DNA of 64,000 nucleotides from Candidatus Foliamicus sp. (GTDB lineage Bacteria; Pseudomonadota; Gammaproteobacteria; Steroidobacterales; Foliamicaceae): NCBI GenBank assembly GCA_965206955.1, contig OZ242252.1, positions 1,795,771 to 1,859,770 of the forward strand, read 5' to 3'. Shown piece by piece: positions 63,328 to 64,000 of this stretch (position 1 is its first letter; each line of letters starts with the position of its first letter). The notes under the pieces were generated by a model. It saw only the letters and a program-made list of their open reading frames with translations, ran no database searches and was not told where the DNA came from. The position numbers and the translations under genes were made by a program.

Positions 63328-63675
63328 CTATTCGGAGGCTGATCTGGACCAAACGATTCGCCCTCGTCGAAGGAAAAAGTGGCTTCGGCACCCTCTCTTC
63401 CGCCAGATTGATGGGTACAGCGTTACCGATCCGCTGAAATGTCGCCGAGCGCGCCAGCTTGGGGTGTCGTTGGTTACTAAACTTAGCTGGATGGTTTCCC
63501 CGCAGCCGCAGGGGCAAAGCAGGGCAGCAGCCCAAGGGCGCAGCTGCTCGCCGATCAAATACACACGTTGAGGAACGATAGCATCGGGTAGGTCCTCAAC
63601 AACATCAGTAGCAAAGCCCGAGCGGAGCCCGGAACGCTCGACAAACCGCCACCAACGTTGGATAAGTATTGTCAA
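63328..63675 (-). CDS. Small Cys-rich protein (115 aa; CPCGCGE motif) downstream of a ThiF-like gene
   Basis: Clean ORF with a 4-nt overlap onto the upstream gene. It has a zinc-ribbon-like C-x-C-x-C cluster and a later C. The family is not firmly recognised. Confidence 0.5.
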   Translation of the reverse strand: MTILIQRWWRFVERSGLRSGFATDVVEDLPDAIVPQRVYLIGEQLRPWAAALLCPCGCGETIQLSLVTNDTPSWRARRHFSGSVTLYPSIWRKRGCRSHFFLRRGRIVWSRSASE

Positions 63676-64000
63676 GCAGCCTGCCTCGGGAGACTAAGTT
63701 CGGCCCAATCAAGAAGCGGCGAGACATCTCCTCGCCCCACATGTCGGGCGAGGAGCGCGCAGGGCTCACCATCGCCCTCATGCTCGTAGATACCATGGCT
63801 AATACTCAGCCTATGGATTGCGTAATCAGCGTTGGGATCAATCCGGAACGGATGCAAGCGGGCAAGGAATTCGTTGACTGCCAGACTGGCGAGAAGCATG
63901 TTCAGCTGTACGACAGCGGGCCGATTCTCCTGCACGCCATGGATGTAGCCCTCGCCGACCTGCGCGCGGTAATTCTCCGGGTCAGTGCGATAAAGGCCGG
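63672..64000 (-). CDS. ThiF/E1-like adenylyltransferase family protein, C-terminal part (continues beyond the window)
   Basis: The frame is open to the window edge. ...RPAVVQLNMLLASLAVNEFLARLHPFR resembles the region after the Rossmann fold in ThiF/MoeB-like E1 proteins. Confidence 0.45.
   Translation of the reverse strand, partial: GLYRTDPENYRAQVGEGYIHGVQENRPAVVQLNMLLASLAVNEFLARLHPFRIDPNADYAIHRLSISHGIYEHEGDGEPCALLARHVGRGDVSPLLDWAELSLPRQAA

Overview
GC-rich proteobacterial chromosome segment. The trxB-ftsK-lolA-serS order resembles Gammaproteobacteria. Four parts stand out.

(1) Housekeeping genes: the aceF 3' end with lpdA, nfi, nth, an aa3-type cytochrome c oxidase operon (coxB-coxA-ctaG-coxC) with several di-haem c-type cytochromes, an S9 peptidase, trxB, ftsK, lolA and serS.

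(2) The most unusual region is 3.8-23.9 kb. Seven same-strand ankyrin-repeat (ANK) genes sit in tandem, and two of them encode proteins of about 1,350-1,440 aa. Most have signal peptides and share a previously unnoted N-terminal motif, C-x2-W-[NS]-T-x2-F-F...C-L, plus a common C-terminal cap. Two genes are frameshifted, one at a C7 tract. An opposite-strand operon (membrane protein, ECF sigma factor, putative anti-sigma factor) interrupts the array.

(3) A DUF692 (MNIO) / DUF2063 / DoxX cassette resembles the Hvf/bufferin RiPP maturation genes but has no recognisable precursor gene. It is invaded by a family of REP-like hairpin repeats. Arrays of these repeats fill eight intergenic sites in the window and are sometimes read in frame.

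(4) From 46.3 kb onward, decayed and visibly AT-richer genomic islands sit in tandem at the serS/tRNA-Ser(UGA) locus. They are bounded by three tRNA-Ser copies and four serS-derived segments. They carry IS5, IS630 and IS3 elements, IS1182- and IS1634-like wreckage, AbiE remnants, an intact HigBA pair, a candidate TIR-based defence module, and a ThiF-like gene at the window edge.

All calls come from reading the ORF translations and the nucleotide sequence by eye. No searches were run, and every similarity statement is qualitative.
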